From positions 352,001-416,000 of the forward strand of contig CAXXUO010000009.1 of NCBI GenBank assembly GCA_963666485.2: a DNA stretch of 64,000 bases, given 5' to 3'. Below are positions 17,769 to 26,648 of this stretch, in pieces (position 1 is the stretch's first letter; every line of letters begins with the position of its first letter). A program made the position numbers and the translations under genes. This stretch comes from Syntrophorhabdaceae bacterium (GTDB taxonomy: Bacteria > Desulfobacterota > Syntrophorhabdia > Syntrophorhabdales > Syntrophorhabdaceae). The notes under the pieces were generated by a model. That model ran no database searches and had not been told where the DNA came from. It was given only the letters and a program-made list of their open reading frames with translations.

Positions 17769-19445
17769 TTACCTTTTGACATATTTGATAAGCCTCATTT
17801 CGCTGACGTTCCCTTTTGGTTGGACAAACCTGGTCTTGAAGCGCCTTATAACGTCCCCGGCGAATATATAACCTTCGCCTGTTGCAAGTTCTGCCAGGTC
17901 TCGCATTTCGATCCGGCTGCCCTTCTGAAAGGCATATGTCCCGTCCCAGTTGCCGAGATTTTCCGTTAACCTGCCATCGCTGCGGATGTTCGGCATCATA
18001 AAGAAGGATTCGCCCGCCCTTTCCCCCAGGAACCTGGCTGTATCCGTATCTTCAATCTTCATGACAATCTTATAGTTCGTATTGCCTATCAATCGCTTCG
18101 CATCCGTTTCAGAAGCTTTGAACAGGGACGCCAGTTCCTGGACCGAGATGATGACCCCGAAACCAAGAGACCTTCCCTGCGCAAGAACCGTGTCAAAACC
18201 TTCAACCGCATACGACCCATATTCATCGGCGATGAGCGTGAAAGGGACGTCCGGCCGGCGCCTTTTCACGTCACGGCGGATCCTTTCATAATCGCCTTCC
18301 ACTTCTGTCCCCAGCGCGGTTGTGAGGGCGATCTTAAAAGCATTGAGGGTGAGCCTCCCCAACGCCTGAAGGGTTGACAGTGAATATGACAATGACGGCA
18401 GCAGGACAATGAGTATCCGGCTGTTCGAGACCGCGTCGACCATGTCTATCTCGGGAGCATCGGTATCGAATATCCGATTGAATGTACCGGCAAGAAGGTC
18501 AAGGGGCGCTCCCCATTGCTGCACGAAAAACCCGTACTGACGCAACGCTTCGGCCGCAGCCGGTGATATTCTCCCCCCTCCAGCCGCGTTGCGGTACTCT
18601 TGCCAACCCGGAAGTTCGCCGAGCAATGCCCTGAGCCGGGCTTTCACCGGGGTCCCGTTATCGTATAATGGATACCTGTCGTCGGCTTCCAGGGCGATCA
18701 CGGAGTCGAACGAAAGGGAACGGCGGACTTCTGACGGAGTAAGTACGTAATCGCCGAACACGTCCGGATTGTCCCGCCTGTATACCAACTGAGCAAGCAC
18801 CGCCTTCATGAGTATCTTTCCGCGTTCCTGCCAGTAGATCTGGTCACCTTGAGCCTGTTTCAAAAATCCCGCCATGATCTCAGCGAGAAAATCAGCATCG
18901 CCATGGGTCATGAAGTTGAATGTATGTGACTGTGTCGGATTGAGGAAATTGAGGACGAGCAGATCCTCAAGCCGGTCGCAGTCTTCCACTATTTCGTACA
19001 GTACTGCATACGTATCGGTCACATCTGATTTTCCATCGATGAAACAAAATCCCCCTCCCAGCATCATGATGGACTCCGCCACGCTTCGAATTGCCGTCGT
19101 TTTGCCCGATCCGGTCGTACCTATGAGCATTCCGTGGCGGGTTATCTCGGAAACCGGCAGTAAGACGGGTATTCCGCACTCGTCATCTCCAAGAGAAATT
19201 GCGGGATCTTCGCGTATGCGCATAAAAACCGGTCCGGGAGAATTGTCCGAGGCCATGAGCTGAATGATCGCACCCGCTAAAAATACGCACAGGGCGAAAA
19301 AGCAACTGAAATAAGCTGCTGCCACGGTGAACACCGTCATAACGAACGGGTTGACCCAGCGGATCATGAGCCAGGTGCGGGGGCGCAGCTTTGAGGCGGG
19401 TGTGATCCGTGCGCGTTCGGCCCTGTCGTTGATGGATCGTGACAT
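17769..19445 (-). CDS. type IV coupling protein, DotL/IcmO/TrbC-like
   Basis: HGMLIGTTGSGKT, GFCFIDGK, EDLLVLNF, RILIVLLPSL..LG..LGTEVEGDY, ADEYGSYAVEGF..AQGRSLGF are DotL-type motifs; start at ATG 19445. Confidence 0.85.
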   Translation of the reverse strand: MSRSINDRAERARITPASKLRPRTWLMIRWVNPFVMTVFTVAAAYFSCFFALCVFLAGAIIQLMASDNSPGPVFMRIREDPAISLGDDECGIPVLLPVSEITRHGMLIGTTGSGKTTAIRSVAESIMMLGGGFCFIDGKSDVTDTYAVLYEIVEDCDRLEDLLVLNFLNPTQSHTFNFMTHGDADFLAEIMAGFLKQAQGDQIYWQERGKILMKAVLAQLVYRRDNPDVFGDYVLTPSEVRRSLSFDSVIALEADDRYPLYDNGTPVKARLRALLGELPGWQEYRNAAGGGRISPAAAEALRQYGFFVQQWGAPLDLLAGTFNRIFDTDAPEIDMVDAVSNSRILIVLLPSLSYSLSTLQALGRLTLNAFKIALTTALGTEVEGDYERIRRDVKRRRPDVPFTLIADEYGSYAVEGFDTVLAQGRSLGFGVIISVQELASLFKASETDAKRLIGNTNYKIVMKIEDTDTARFLGERAGESFFMMPNIRSDGRLTENLGNWDGTYAFQKGSRIEMRDLAELATGEGYIFAGDVIRRFKTRFVQPKGNVSEMRLIKYVKR

Positions 19446-19543
19446 TGTAAGAGAAGAATAGCGCCCGGTATGGCTTTGAGGCAAAATATGAGAATGGCAT
19501 ATTGTGGCTTTTTACTCTTGTTTGTGGTTAAAAGGTATCAAAT

Positions 19544-19569
19544 ATGGTATATTACGCCATATTTAGTCG
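19544..19569 (+). promoter_or_regulatory. possible ModE-type box upstream of tup operon
   Basis: TATAT-N7-TATTT with flanking GG/CG; weak match to the TATAT-N7-TAYAT pattern; context fits. Confidence 0.25.
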
Positions 19570-19591
19570 CGTCCAACGTAAGGAGGGTACC

Positions 19592-20455
19592 GTGAAAAAT
19601 ACCAGGGCCAGGCTTCTTTTTCTTTTCGTCGCATTTTTTGCGATCCCGGCGTGCATCTGCGGGGCCGCGGATGACTTCGTCTTCATGGCGAGTACGATAG
19701 GCCCCATCGACTCCGGCATCATCGGGGTGCTCGAAGACCGGTTCGAGAAAGATACGGGGATCAGGGTCCGGCATGTCGGGGCTGGCACCGGGGCGACGCT
19801 GGACATAGCGAAGAAGGGCAATATCGACCTTGTCCTCGTCCACGCGAAATCCCTCGAAGAGAAGTTCGTCAAGGAAGGATATGGAACGGAGCGGATCGAC
19901 CTTATGTATAATGACTTTGTCATTGTCGGTCCCCAGTCAGACCCGGCCGGGATCAAGGGTATGAAAAATGCCGGGGAGGCACTGAAGAAGATCGCAGATA
20001 AGAAGGCGCCGTTCCTCACGCGCGGCGATAAATCGGGCACCCACGTTGCGGAGCTCATCATCTGGGAAAAAGCGGGGATCAAGCCTGCCGGCGACTGGTA
20101 CATCGTGTATGACAAAGGGACGGAAGGGAACATGCCGACGCTGCGCGAAGCGGACAAACGCGGCATTTACACACTTATGGACCGGGCAACATATTTGAGC
20201 CTGCAGAAAGAGATCAAACTTGTGATACTTGTCGAAAAGGACGAGGCGCTTCTGAATTACATCACCCTCATCCCCGTCAACCCGAAAAAGTTTCCGCGGG
20301 TCAACGCACAGGCCGCGATGACATTCGTGAAATGGCTTACGGACCCCGATAAGGGACAGCTCATCATCCGTGATTTCGGCAAGGACAGGTTCGGAAGCCC
20401 GCTTTTCTTCCCCAATTCGAAGGAATGGCGCGCCCGCTACGCTGTACAAAAATAA
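19592..20455 (+). CDS. tungstate-type ABC substrate-binding protein, variant paralog
   Basis: RBS AAGGAGG, GTG start; MYNDFVIVGP, RGDKSGTH, DRATYL; canonical TTTS replaced by STIG. Confidence 0.85.
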   Translation: MKNTRARLLFLFVAFFAIPACICGAADDFVFMASTIGPIDSGIIGVLEDRFEKDTGIRVRHVGAGTGATLDIAKKGNIDLVLVHAKSLEEKFVKEGYGTERIDLMYNDFVIVGPQSDPAGIKGMKNAGEALKKIADKKAPFLTRGDKSGTHVAELIIWEKAGIKPAGDWYIVYDKGTEGNMPTLREADKRGIYTLMDRATYLSLQKEIKLVILVEKDEALLNYITLIPVNPKKFPRVNAQAAMTFVKWLTDPDKGQLIIRDFGKDRFGSPLFFPNSKEWRARYAVQK

Positions 20456-20487
20456 GGGAAATGTAGCATGATAAAGAGGAGGCATTT

Positions 20488-21342
20488 ATGAAACGATCCG
20501 GCATACTATTCACCATCCTGCTTTTGGGCCTGATGCTGTTCACGGCTCCTGCCGGTATGGCCGCATCCGCGGAAAAGAACATCATTCTTGCGACAACGAC
20601 GAGCACCCAGGATTCGGGCCTGCTCGACAAGCTTATCCCCATCTTTGAGAACAGGACGGGATATTTTGTGAAGACGATCGCGGTTGGGTCGGGACAGGCG
20701 ATGGCCATGGGCCAGAAGGGCGAGGCGGATGTTCTGCTCGTCCATTCGCCTGCCGCCGAGAAGAAGTTCATGGAAGGGGGGTACGGGGTACACAGAAGGC
20801 TCGTGATGCACAACGATTTCATCATTGTCGGCCCGGCAAACGACCCGGCAAAGGTGAAGGGTTCGAAAACGACGGTCGAGGCTTTCAAGAAGATCGCGGC
20901 TACGCAGTCGATGTTCATTTCCCGCGGGGACAACTCCGGGACACATTCGAAGGAGAAAGACATCTGGAAGGCGGCCGGCGTCCCGTATGATGGCCAGAAA
21001 TGGTACCAGCAGACAGGGCTCGGCATGGGGCAGACCCTGAACGTCGCCAGCGAAAAACGGGCATACACGCTTGCAGACCGCGGGACGTACCTGGCGCTCA
21101 AGAAGAGGGTCGATCTCCCGATACTCGCCGAAGGCGACGCTATCCTGCTCAACATCTATCACGTGATCGAAGTCAACCCCGCGAAATTCCCGAAGGTGAA
21201 CGCGAAGGGTGCAAAGGCATTCGCCGATTTCATGGTCGCCCCGGAGACACAGAACATCATCAAGACATTCGGCGTCGACAAGTACGGCTCGCCTCTCTTC
21301 TTCCCCGATGCAGGCAAGAAAGTGGAGGACCTGGGAAAATAG
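20488..21342 (+). CDS. tupA: tungstate ABC transporter substrate-binding protein
   Basis: ATTTSTQDSGLL, SRGDNSGTH, DRGTY motifs. Confidence 0.92.
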   Translation: MKRSGILFTILLLGLMLFTAPAGMAASAEKNIILATTTSTQDSGLLDKLIPIFENRTGYFVKTIAVGSGQAMAMGQKGEADVLLVHSPAAEKKFMEGGYGVHRRLVMHNDFIIVGPANDPAKVKGSKTTVEAFKKIAATQSMFISRGDNSGTHSKEKDIWKAAGVPYDGQKWYQQTGLGMGQTLNVASEKRAYTLADRGTYLALKKRVDLPILAEGDAILLNIYHVIEVNPAKFPKVNAKGAKAFADFMVAPETQNIIKTFGVDKYGSPLFFPDAGKKVEDLGK

Positions 21343-22041
21343 ATGGACCTCATTTATGAAGGGATAAAGCAGGCCATAATACTCCTCATCACCCTCGATC
21401 CCGAGGTGATGAGGATAACCCTGCTTTCCCTCAAAGTGTCCGGTTCAGCCACCCTGATCAGCCTTTTGTTCGGCATCTCCATCGGGACGCTTGTCGCACT
21501 CACCCAGTTTCCCGGAAAAAAATTCGTCGTCAGCCTCATCAATACCGGGATGGGGCTGCCTCCCGTTGTCGTAGGCCTTTTTGTCACCATCTTTCTCTGG
21601 AGGAGCGGACCGCTCGGGTTCCTTGGTTTACTTTATACGCCCACTGCCATTATCGTGGCACAGTCGGTCATCGCAACGCCGATCGTTATGGGCATTACCC
21701 TGGCGGCAATGCAGCAGCTCCCGAAGAAAATGCGCCTGCAGGTCCTGGCCCTCGGGGCAACGCCCCTGCAGACGGTCTGGGTCCTTATCCGCGAGGCGCG
21801 GCTTCCACTCCTTGCCGCCGTTATGGCCGGGTTCGGCGGCGTCATCTCGGAGATCGGGGCGTCGATCATGGTCGGCGGCAATATCAAGGGATACACGCGC
21901 GTTCTCACGACGGCGACGGTCATGGAGGCCGGGAAAGGCAACTTCGAGATCGCGATAGCGCTCAGCATCATTCTTCTTGCCCTCGCATACTGCATCAATT
22001 ATATTCTTACGTACATCCAGCAAAAGGAAAGACACTTTTAA
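21343..22041 (+). CDS. tupB: tungstate ABC transporter permease
   Basis: NTGMGLPPVVVGL, SEIGASIMVGGNIKGYTRVLTTA. Confidence 0.92.
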   Translation: MDLIYEGIKQAIILLITLDPEVMRITLLSLKVSGSATLISLLFGISIGTLVALTQFPGKKFVVSLINTGMGLPPVVVGLFVTIFLWRSGPLGFLGLLYTPTAIIVAQSVIATPIVMGITLAAMQQLPKKMRLQVLALGATPLQTVWVLIREARLPLLAAVMAGFGGVISEIGASIMVGGNIKGYTRVLTTATVMEAGKGNFEIAIALSIILLALAYCINYILTYIQQKERHF

Positions 22042-22046
22042 CCACA

Positions 22047-23141
22047 ATGGCCGATCAGAAAAAGACGATCCTTGAAGCGCGTCATGTCCGCATGGAGAAC
22101 CGCGGGGTTGCGACGCTCGATGTCGAAAACCTGGCCGTCTGCGAGGATGAGGTCATCTCCATCATCGGCCCGAACGGCGCCGGCAAGACCACCCTGCTCC
22201 AGAGGCTTGCCATGCTCCAGAAGAAACCGCGCGGGGAATTGTTCTTTCGCGGACAGAAGGTCGGCGGCGACCTTTCGGTCACCGAATATCGCAGGCACGT
22301 GACGATGGTCTTCCAGGAGACCCTCCTTTTCGACACGACCGTCTTTGAAAATGTCGCGGCGGGGCTCAAGTTCAGGCACGCCGGAAAGAGCGAGATAGAA
22401 AAGGGGGTCCTTGAAAACCTGGACCTCTTCGGCGTCGCCCACCTGAAGGAGCGTTCGGTCCGCACGCTGTCGGGCGGGGAAGCTCGCCGCGTAAGCCTTG
22501 CGCGTTCCTTCACGGTCAAGCCCGACATCATCTTCCTCGACGAACCGTTCTCGGCGCTCGACCCGCCGACGCACGAAGCGATCGTGGCCGACCTGAGCCA
22601 TATTCTCCGGCGGCCCGGCATGACGACGGTATTCGCGACACACGACCGTTCGGAAGCGCTTCGGCTTTCCGACAGGATCTGCGTCATGAACAAGGGCAAA
22701 ATATTGCAGATCGGCAGCCCCGACGAGATAATGAACCATCCCGCGGATGAGTTCATCGCATCTTTCGTGGGAGCGGAAACGATACTTCCCGGCGTTGTCA
22801 CGGATGGGAACGCGGGCACGATCTCGGTTAACGTGAACGGTCGCAAGGTCATGGCCGTGGGCGAGGCAACGGCGGGGCAGAATGTCGTCCTGTGCATACG
22901 CCCCGAACGTATCGCACTATCCACGGAATCGAGACTTGATGCGACGAGCGAGCGCAACGTCCTCGCCGGAACCGTCATAGACGTAACGTCGCTCGGCCTC
23001 TTTTACCGCGTATCGGTTGACTGCGGATTCATCCTCAACGCATACATCACCCCCGGTTCCATCAAAAAGCTCGGCCTGGAACGAGGCAAAAAAGTATACT
23101 CCTCCTTCAAAGCAACCGCCGTCCACGTCCTCAAACGCTAA
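22047..23141 (+). CDS. tupC: tungstate ABC transporter ATPase with C-terminal TOBE domains
   Basis: GPNGAGKT, LSGGE, LDEPF; TSERNVLAGTV mop/TOBE motif. Confidence 0.88.
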   Translation: MADQKKTILEARHVRMENRGVATLDVENLAVCEDEVISIIGPNGAGKTTLLQRLAMLQKKPRGELFFRGQKVGGDLSVTEYRRHVTMVFQETLLFDTTVFENVAAGLKFRHAGKSEIEKGVLENLDLFGVAHLKERSVRTLSGGEARRVSLARSFTVKPDIIFLDEPFSALDPPTHEAIVADLSHILRRPGMTTVFATHDRSEALRLSDRICVMNKGKILQIGSPDEIMNHPADEFIASFVGAETILPGVVTDGNAGTISVNVNGRKVMAVGEATAGQNVVLCIRPERIALSTESRLDATSERNVLAGTVIDVTSLGLFYRVSVDCGFILNAYITPGSIKKLGLERGKKVYSSFKATAVHVLKR

Positions 23142-23189
23142 CACCAAGGCTTTATTGCCTCCCCCAATCCAGAAACAAAGGCAAAGACA

Positions 23190-23451
23190 CTGGATTCCGG
23201 CTTTCGCCGGAATGACGGCGGGGGGCTGTCGACGCTGGATTCCTGGTTTCGGCGGAATGACGGTGGGGGGATGTCGACGCTGGATTCCGGTTTCGGCGGA
23301 ATGACGGCGGGGGGCTGTCGACGCTGGATTCCGGTTTCGGCGGAATGACGGCGGGGGGCTGTCGACGCTGGATTCCGGTTTCGGCGGAATGACGGCGGGG
23401 GGCTGTCGACGCTGGATTCCGGTTTCGGCGGAATGACGGCGGGGGGCTGTC
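23190..23451. repeat. six tandem 44-45 bp units with REP-like palindrome
   Basis: Unit ctggattccggtttcggcggaatgacggcggggggctgtcgacg starting at 23190, 23235, 23280, 23324, 23368, 23412. Confidence 0.95.
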
Positions 23452-23483
23452 GCCTTTAGCCTTTCGCCTTTCGCCTTTCGCCT
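23452..23483. repeat. heptamer microsatellite (GCCTTTM)n
   Basis: gcctttagcctttcgcctttcgcctttcgcct. Confidence 0.85.
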
Positions 23484-23610
23484 CACCCTTTTTCCTGTCT
23501 TGCCCGGCGCCTCAAATCATGGTAGATTTTCACAGCTTTTCGAGATCTGCACATCGACCGTGGAATCCCTGATGAAGCAGGCATCGTTCACATCATCGTA
23601 AGGAGCAATC

Positions 23611-25326
23611 ATGCTGTTTTCCAAAATGTTCATTCCGACTGTCAAGGAAGACCCGAAAGAGGCCGAGGTCGCAAGCCACCGGCTTATGCTCCGGGCGGGT
23701 TTCATCCGCCGTCTCGCTTCGGGCGTGTACACGTGGCTTCCGTTGGGACTTAAATCCTTAAGGAAGGTCGAGCAGATCATCCGTGAAGAGATGAACAGGA
23801 AAGGTGCCCAGGAGATACTGATGCCGGCCGTGCAGCCGAAGGAGTTGTGGGTCGAGAGCACGCGATGGGAAAAATACGGCAAGGAGCTTCTTCGCTTTGT
23901 CGACCGGAACAACCGGGAACTGTGCCTTGGCCCCACGCACGAAGAGGTCGTCACGGACCTCGTCCGGCGCGAGGTGAAATCATACAAGGACCTTCCCGTG
24001 AACCTGTATCAGATCCAGAACAAGTTCCGTGACGAGATACGGCCCCGCTTCGGCATCATGCGTTCCCGGGAATTTTCGATGAAGGACGCATACAGCTTCG
24101 ACGCGGACGAGCCGTCAGCCGAAAAGAGCTACAAGGACATGTACGAGGCGTATGTCAGTATCTTCGAGCGGTGCGGGTTCAAGTTCCGGGTCGTCGAGGC
24201 AGATACCGGCCAGATCGGCGGGAGCTTCTCGCACGAGTTCATGGTGCTCGCCGATACCGGTGAAGATGTTATTATATCCTGCGATGCGTGCGGGTACGCG
24301 GCAAACCTCGAACGAGCCGAGGTCGGCATTGAGGGAGAAGCACCGTCAGGCCCGAAGATCGGCCTCCATAAACGCGTGCCCACACCGGAGCAGCGCAAGA
24401 TAGACGAGGTCTCCAAATTTCTCGGCATAACCCCGGACAAGCTCTTGAAGACGATCATCTATAAGACGGACCAGGGCGTGATCGGCGTCCTCGTTCGCGG
24501 CGACCGCGAGATAAACGACACCAAGCTGAAGAACCTCTTGAAACTCGACGAACTCGAGCTCGCGGATGAGCGGACGATCGAAGAGGTCACGGGAGGACCG
24601 CTCGGGTTCTCCGGACCGATAGGCCTTAAAATACCTGTTTATGCGGACATGGACCTCAAGTTCATGGAAAATTTCGTCATCGGGGGAAACGAACGCGATG
24701 TCCACGTCGTGGACGCCAACCTGGGCGATTTCGCCGTGAAAGGTTTCTACGATATAAAGGTCGCGGTAGCCGGGGACAAATGCCCCCGGTGCGATGCGGG
24801 CAAGCTCGTCGCCACACGCGGCATCGAGGTCGGGCATATCTTCAAGCTGGGCTTGAAATACTCTAAAGCGATGAACGCGACCTTTCTTGACAGCGACGGC
24901 AAGGAACAGTTCATGATCATGGGGTGTTACGGTATCGGCGTCGGCAGGACCGTTGCGGCCGCCATCGAACAGGGGAATGACGAGAACGGCATGATATTGC
25001 CCATCCCGATCGCCCCGTTCGAGGTCAATGTCCTTCCCGTGAATACGACCCATGCCGAGAGCATGGATGTCGCCCGGGCCATATACGACGAGCTCCTGGG
25101 CAAAGGCATCGACGTTGTCATGGATGACCGCGACGAACGTCCAGGGGTCAAGTTCAAGGATTGCGACCTGATCGGGATACCGCTCAGGGTCACCATCGGC
25201 GAGCGCGGTCTGAAGGACGGCATCGTCGAGATAAAAAGGCGGGAAAGCAAAGAATTCGAAAAAGTGCCTGTTGCAGAAGCGGCCGGGAGGATCATACGCT
25301 ATGTTGAAGACGCTAAACACCGGTGA
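23611..25326 (+). CDS. proS: proline--tRNA ligase (bacterial type with editing domain)
   Basis: SHRLMLRAG, LGPTHEE, FRDEIRPRFG, GIEVGHIFKLG, MGCYGIGV. Confidence 0.97.
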   Translation: MLFSKMFIPTVKEDPKEAEVASHRLMLRAGFIRRLASGVYTWLPLGLKSLRKVEQIIREEMNRKGAQEILMPAVQPKELWVESTRWEKYGKELLRFVDRNNRELCLGPTHEEVVTDLVRREVKSYKDLPVNLYQIQNKFRDEIRPRFGIMRSREFSMKDAYSFDADEPSAEKSYKDMYEAYVSIFERCGFKFRVVEADTGQIGGSFSHEFMVLADTGEDVIISCDACGYAANLERAEVGIEGEAPSGPKIGLHKRVPTPEQRKIDEVSKFLGITPDKLLKTIIYKTDQGVIGVLVRGDREINDTKLKNLLKLDELELADERTIEEVTGGPLGFSGPIGLKIPVYADMDLKFMENFVIGGNERDVHVVDANLGDFAVKGFYDIKVAVAGDKCPRCDAGKLVATRGIEVGHIFKLGLKYSKAMNATFLDSDGKEQFMIMGCYGIGVGRTVAAAIEQGNDENGMILPIPIAPFEVNVLPVNTTHAESMDVARAIYDELLGKGIDVVMDDRDERPGVKFKDCDLIGIPLRVTIGERGLKDGIVEIKRRESKEFEKVPVAEAAGRIIRYVEDAKHR

Positions 25327-26503
25327 TCTCACACCGAGATACGAGGTAGACGCACGCATCGACAAGCTTCGCGCGGGAATGGTGAAGCAGGGCATCGAGC
25401 TTGCGATCATTCTCCAGAATGTCGACATCCTGTATTTTACGGGGACGCTCCAGCGGGGGACCCTGGCGGTGTCCGCGGAGCACGGCCCGGCGTTCTTTGT
25501 CGAGAAAAGCCTCTACCGTGCGCAGATCGAGACGCCCCTCGAGATCATACCCGTCAAGCGGGACAAGGAAGTAAAAGACATCCTCGTCGAGAAGAAGATG
25601 TATCCTGCGCGGTGCGCGATGGAGCTCGACGTTGTACCCGTCGCGATATGTGAACGGTGGAAATCGCTCCTGGGGCTTGCCGACGTTGGCGACCTCTCCG
25701 CGATCATCCGCGACTGCAAGATCACCAAGAGCGCGTTCGAGATCGAACAGCTCAGAAAGTCGGCCGCCATTTGCGAGCGGGTATTCGAAAAGGCGAAAAC
25801 CATTGTAAAGGAAGGGGTCCGTGAGGTCGATATCGACGCCGAACTCCTCGCGGAAGGCAGGAAATGGGGGCACCAGGGGTTCCTGAGGATGCGCGGCCTC
25901 AACCAGGAAATGATGAGCTGCTACGTCACCCACGGGTATACGACAACGGTAACCTCGGGTGCGGACGTCCCGATATCCGGCATCGGCCTCACCCACGCCA
26001 TCGGGCAGGGTGCGTCGATCAACGTCGTCAGGCATGGCATCCCCCTGATCGTCGACTACGGCGGAGGGTACAACGGCTACATCACGGACGAGACGCGCGC
26101 CTACGCAACGGCGCCGCTGAAGGAAATATTCCATAAGCCGTTCGAGGTATCCCGGGAGATCATTGAAGAGACGATGGGCTTCGCAAAGGAAGGCATCGAC
26201 GGAACTGAAATTTTCAACAGGGCGCTTGAGCGCGTCAAGGCGGCAGGCCTCGAAGCCCATTTCATGGGGCACGGCGAGGGCCAGGTCGGGTTCATCGGCC
26301 ACGGGCTCGGGCTCGAGATAAACGAACTGCCGGTCATAACGCCGCGTCATAAGATCATTCTGAAAGAAGGTATGGTATTCGCTTTCGAGCCAAAGTTCGT
26401 ATTTCCCGGTGAAGGGGCGATAGGGATCGAAGTTGATTTTGTTGTGCGTAAAGACGGACTTGAACGATTGACGAAAACACCGATGGATGTTGTATATGTG
26501 TAA
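25301..26503 (+). CDS. M24 (Xaa-Pro) peptidase family protein
   Basis: GYITDETR, FIGHGLGLEINELP, FAFEPK, GIE. Confidence 0.9.
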   Translation: MLKTLNTGDLTPRYEVDARIDKLRAGMVKQGIELAIILQNVDILYFTGTLQRGTLAVSAEHGPAFFVEKSLYRAQIETPLEIIPVKRDKEVKDILVEKKMYPARCAMELDVVPVAICERWKSLLGLADVGDLSAIIRDCKITKSAFEIEQLRKSAAICERVFEKAKTIVKEGVREVDIDAELLAEGRKWGHQGFLRMRGLNQEMMSCYVTHGYTTTVTSGADVPISGIGLTHAIGQGASINVVRHGIPLIVDYGGGYNGYITDETRAYATAPLKEIFHKPFEVSREIIEETMGFAKEGIDGTEIFNRALERVKAAGLEAHFMGHGEGQVGFIGHGLGLEINELPVITPRHKIILKEGMVFAFEPKFVFPGEGAIGIEVDFVVRKDGLERLTKTPMDVVYV

Positions 26504-26506
26504 AAG

Positions 26507-26643
26507 CGGCTAACGGCTAACGGCTAACGGCTAACGGAAAAAGAAAACCTTTCATCTGTAAAGGTCTCGATCATCCAGAACTCTTTAGCCTTTTATCTTT
26601 TGCCGTTAGCCGTTAGCCGTTAGCCGTTAGCCGTACGCCGTTA
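26507..26643. repeat. inverted heptamer microsatellite pair (CGGCTAA)4 ... (GCCGTTA)~6
   Basis: 26507-26534 and 26602-26643 are reverse complements, ~65 bp apart. Confidence 0.9.
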
Positions 26644-26648
26644 TTTAT

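Noticed and set aside
4612..19445. Classical ICE or integrated plasmid
   Set aside because: No integrase, relaxase, replication gene, tRNA target or direct repeats seen at either boundary; cannot exclude such genes outside the window.
23190..23451. Possible CRISPR array
   Set aside because: The sequence between palindromes is near-identical in every unit (no unique spacers), the period is only 44 bp, and there are no cas genes.
22917..23486. 189-aa minus-strand ORF with RRHSAETGIQ repeats
   Set aside because: Translation of the DNA tandem repeat; overlaps tupC antisense.
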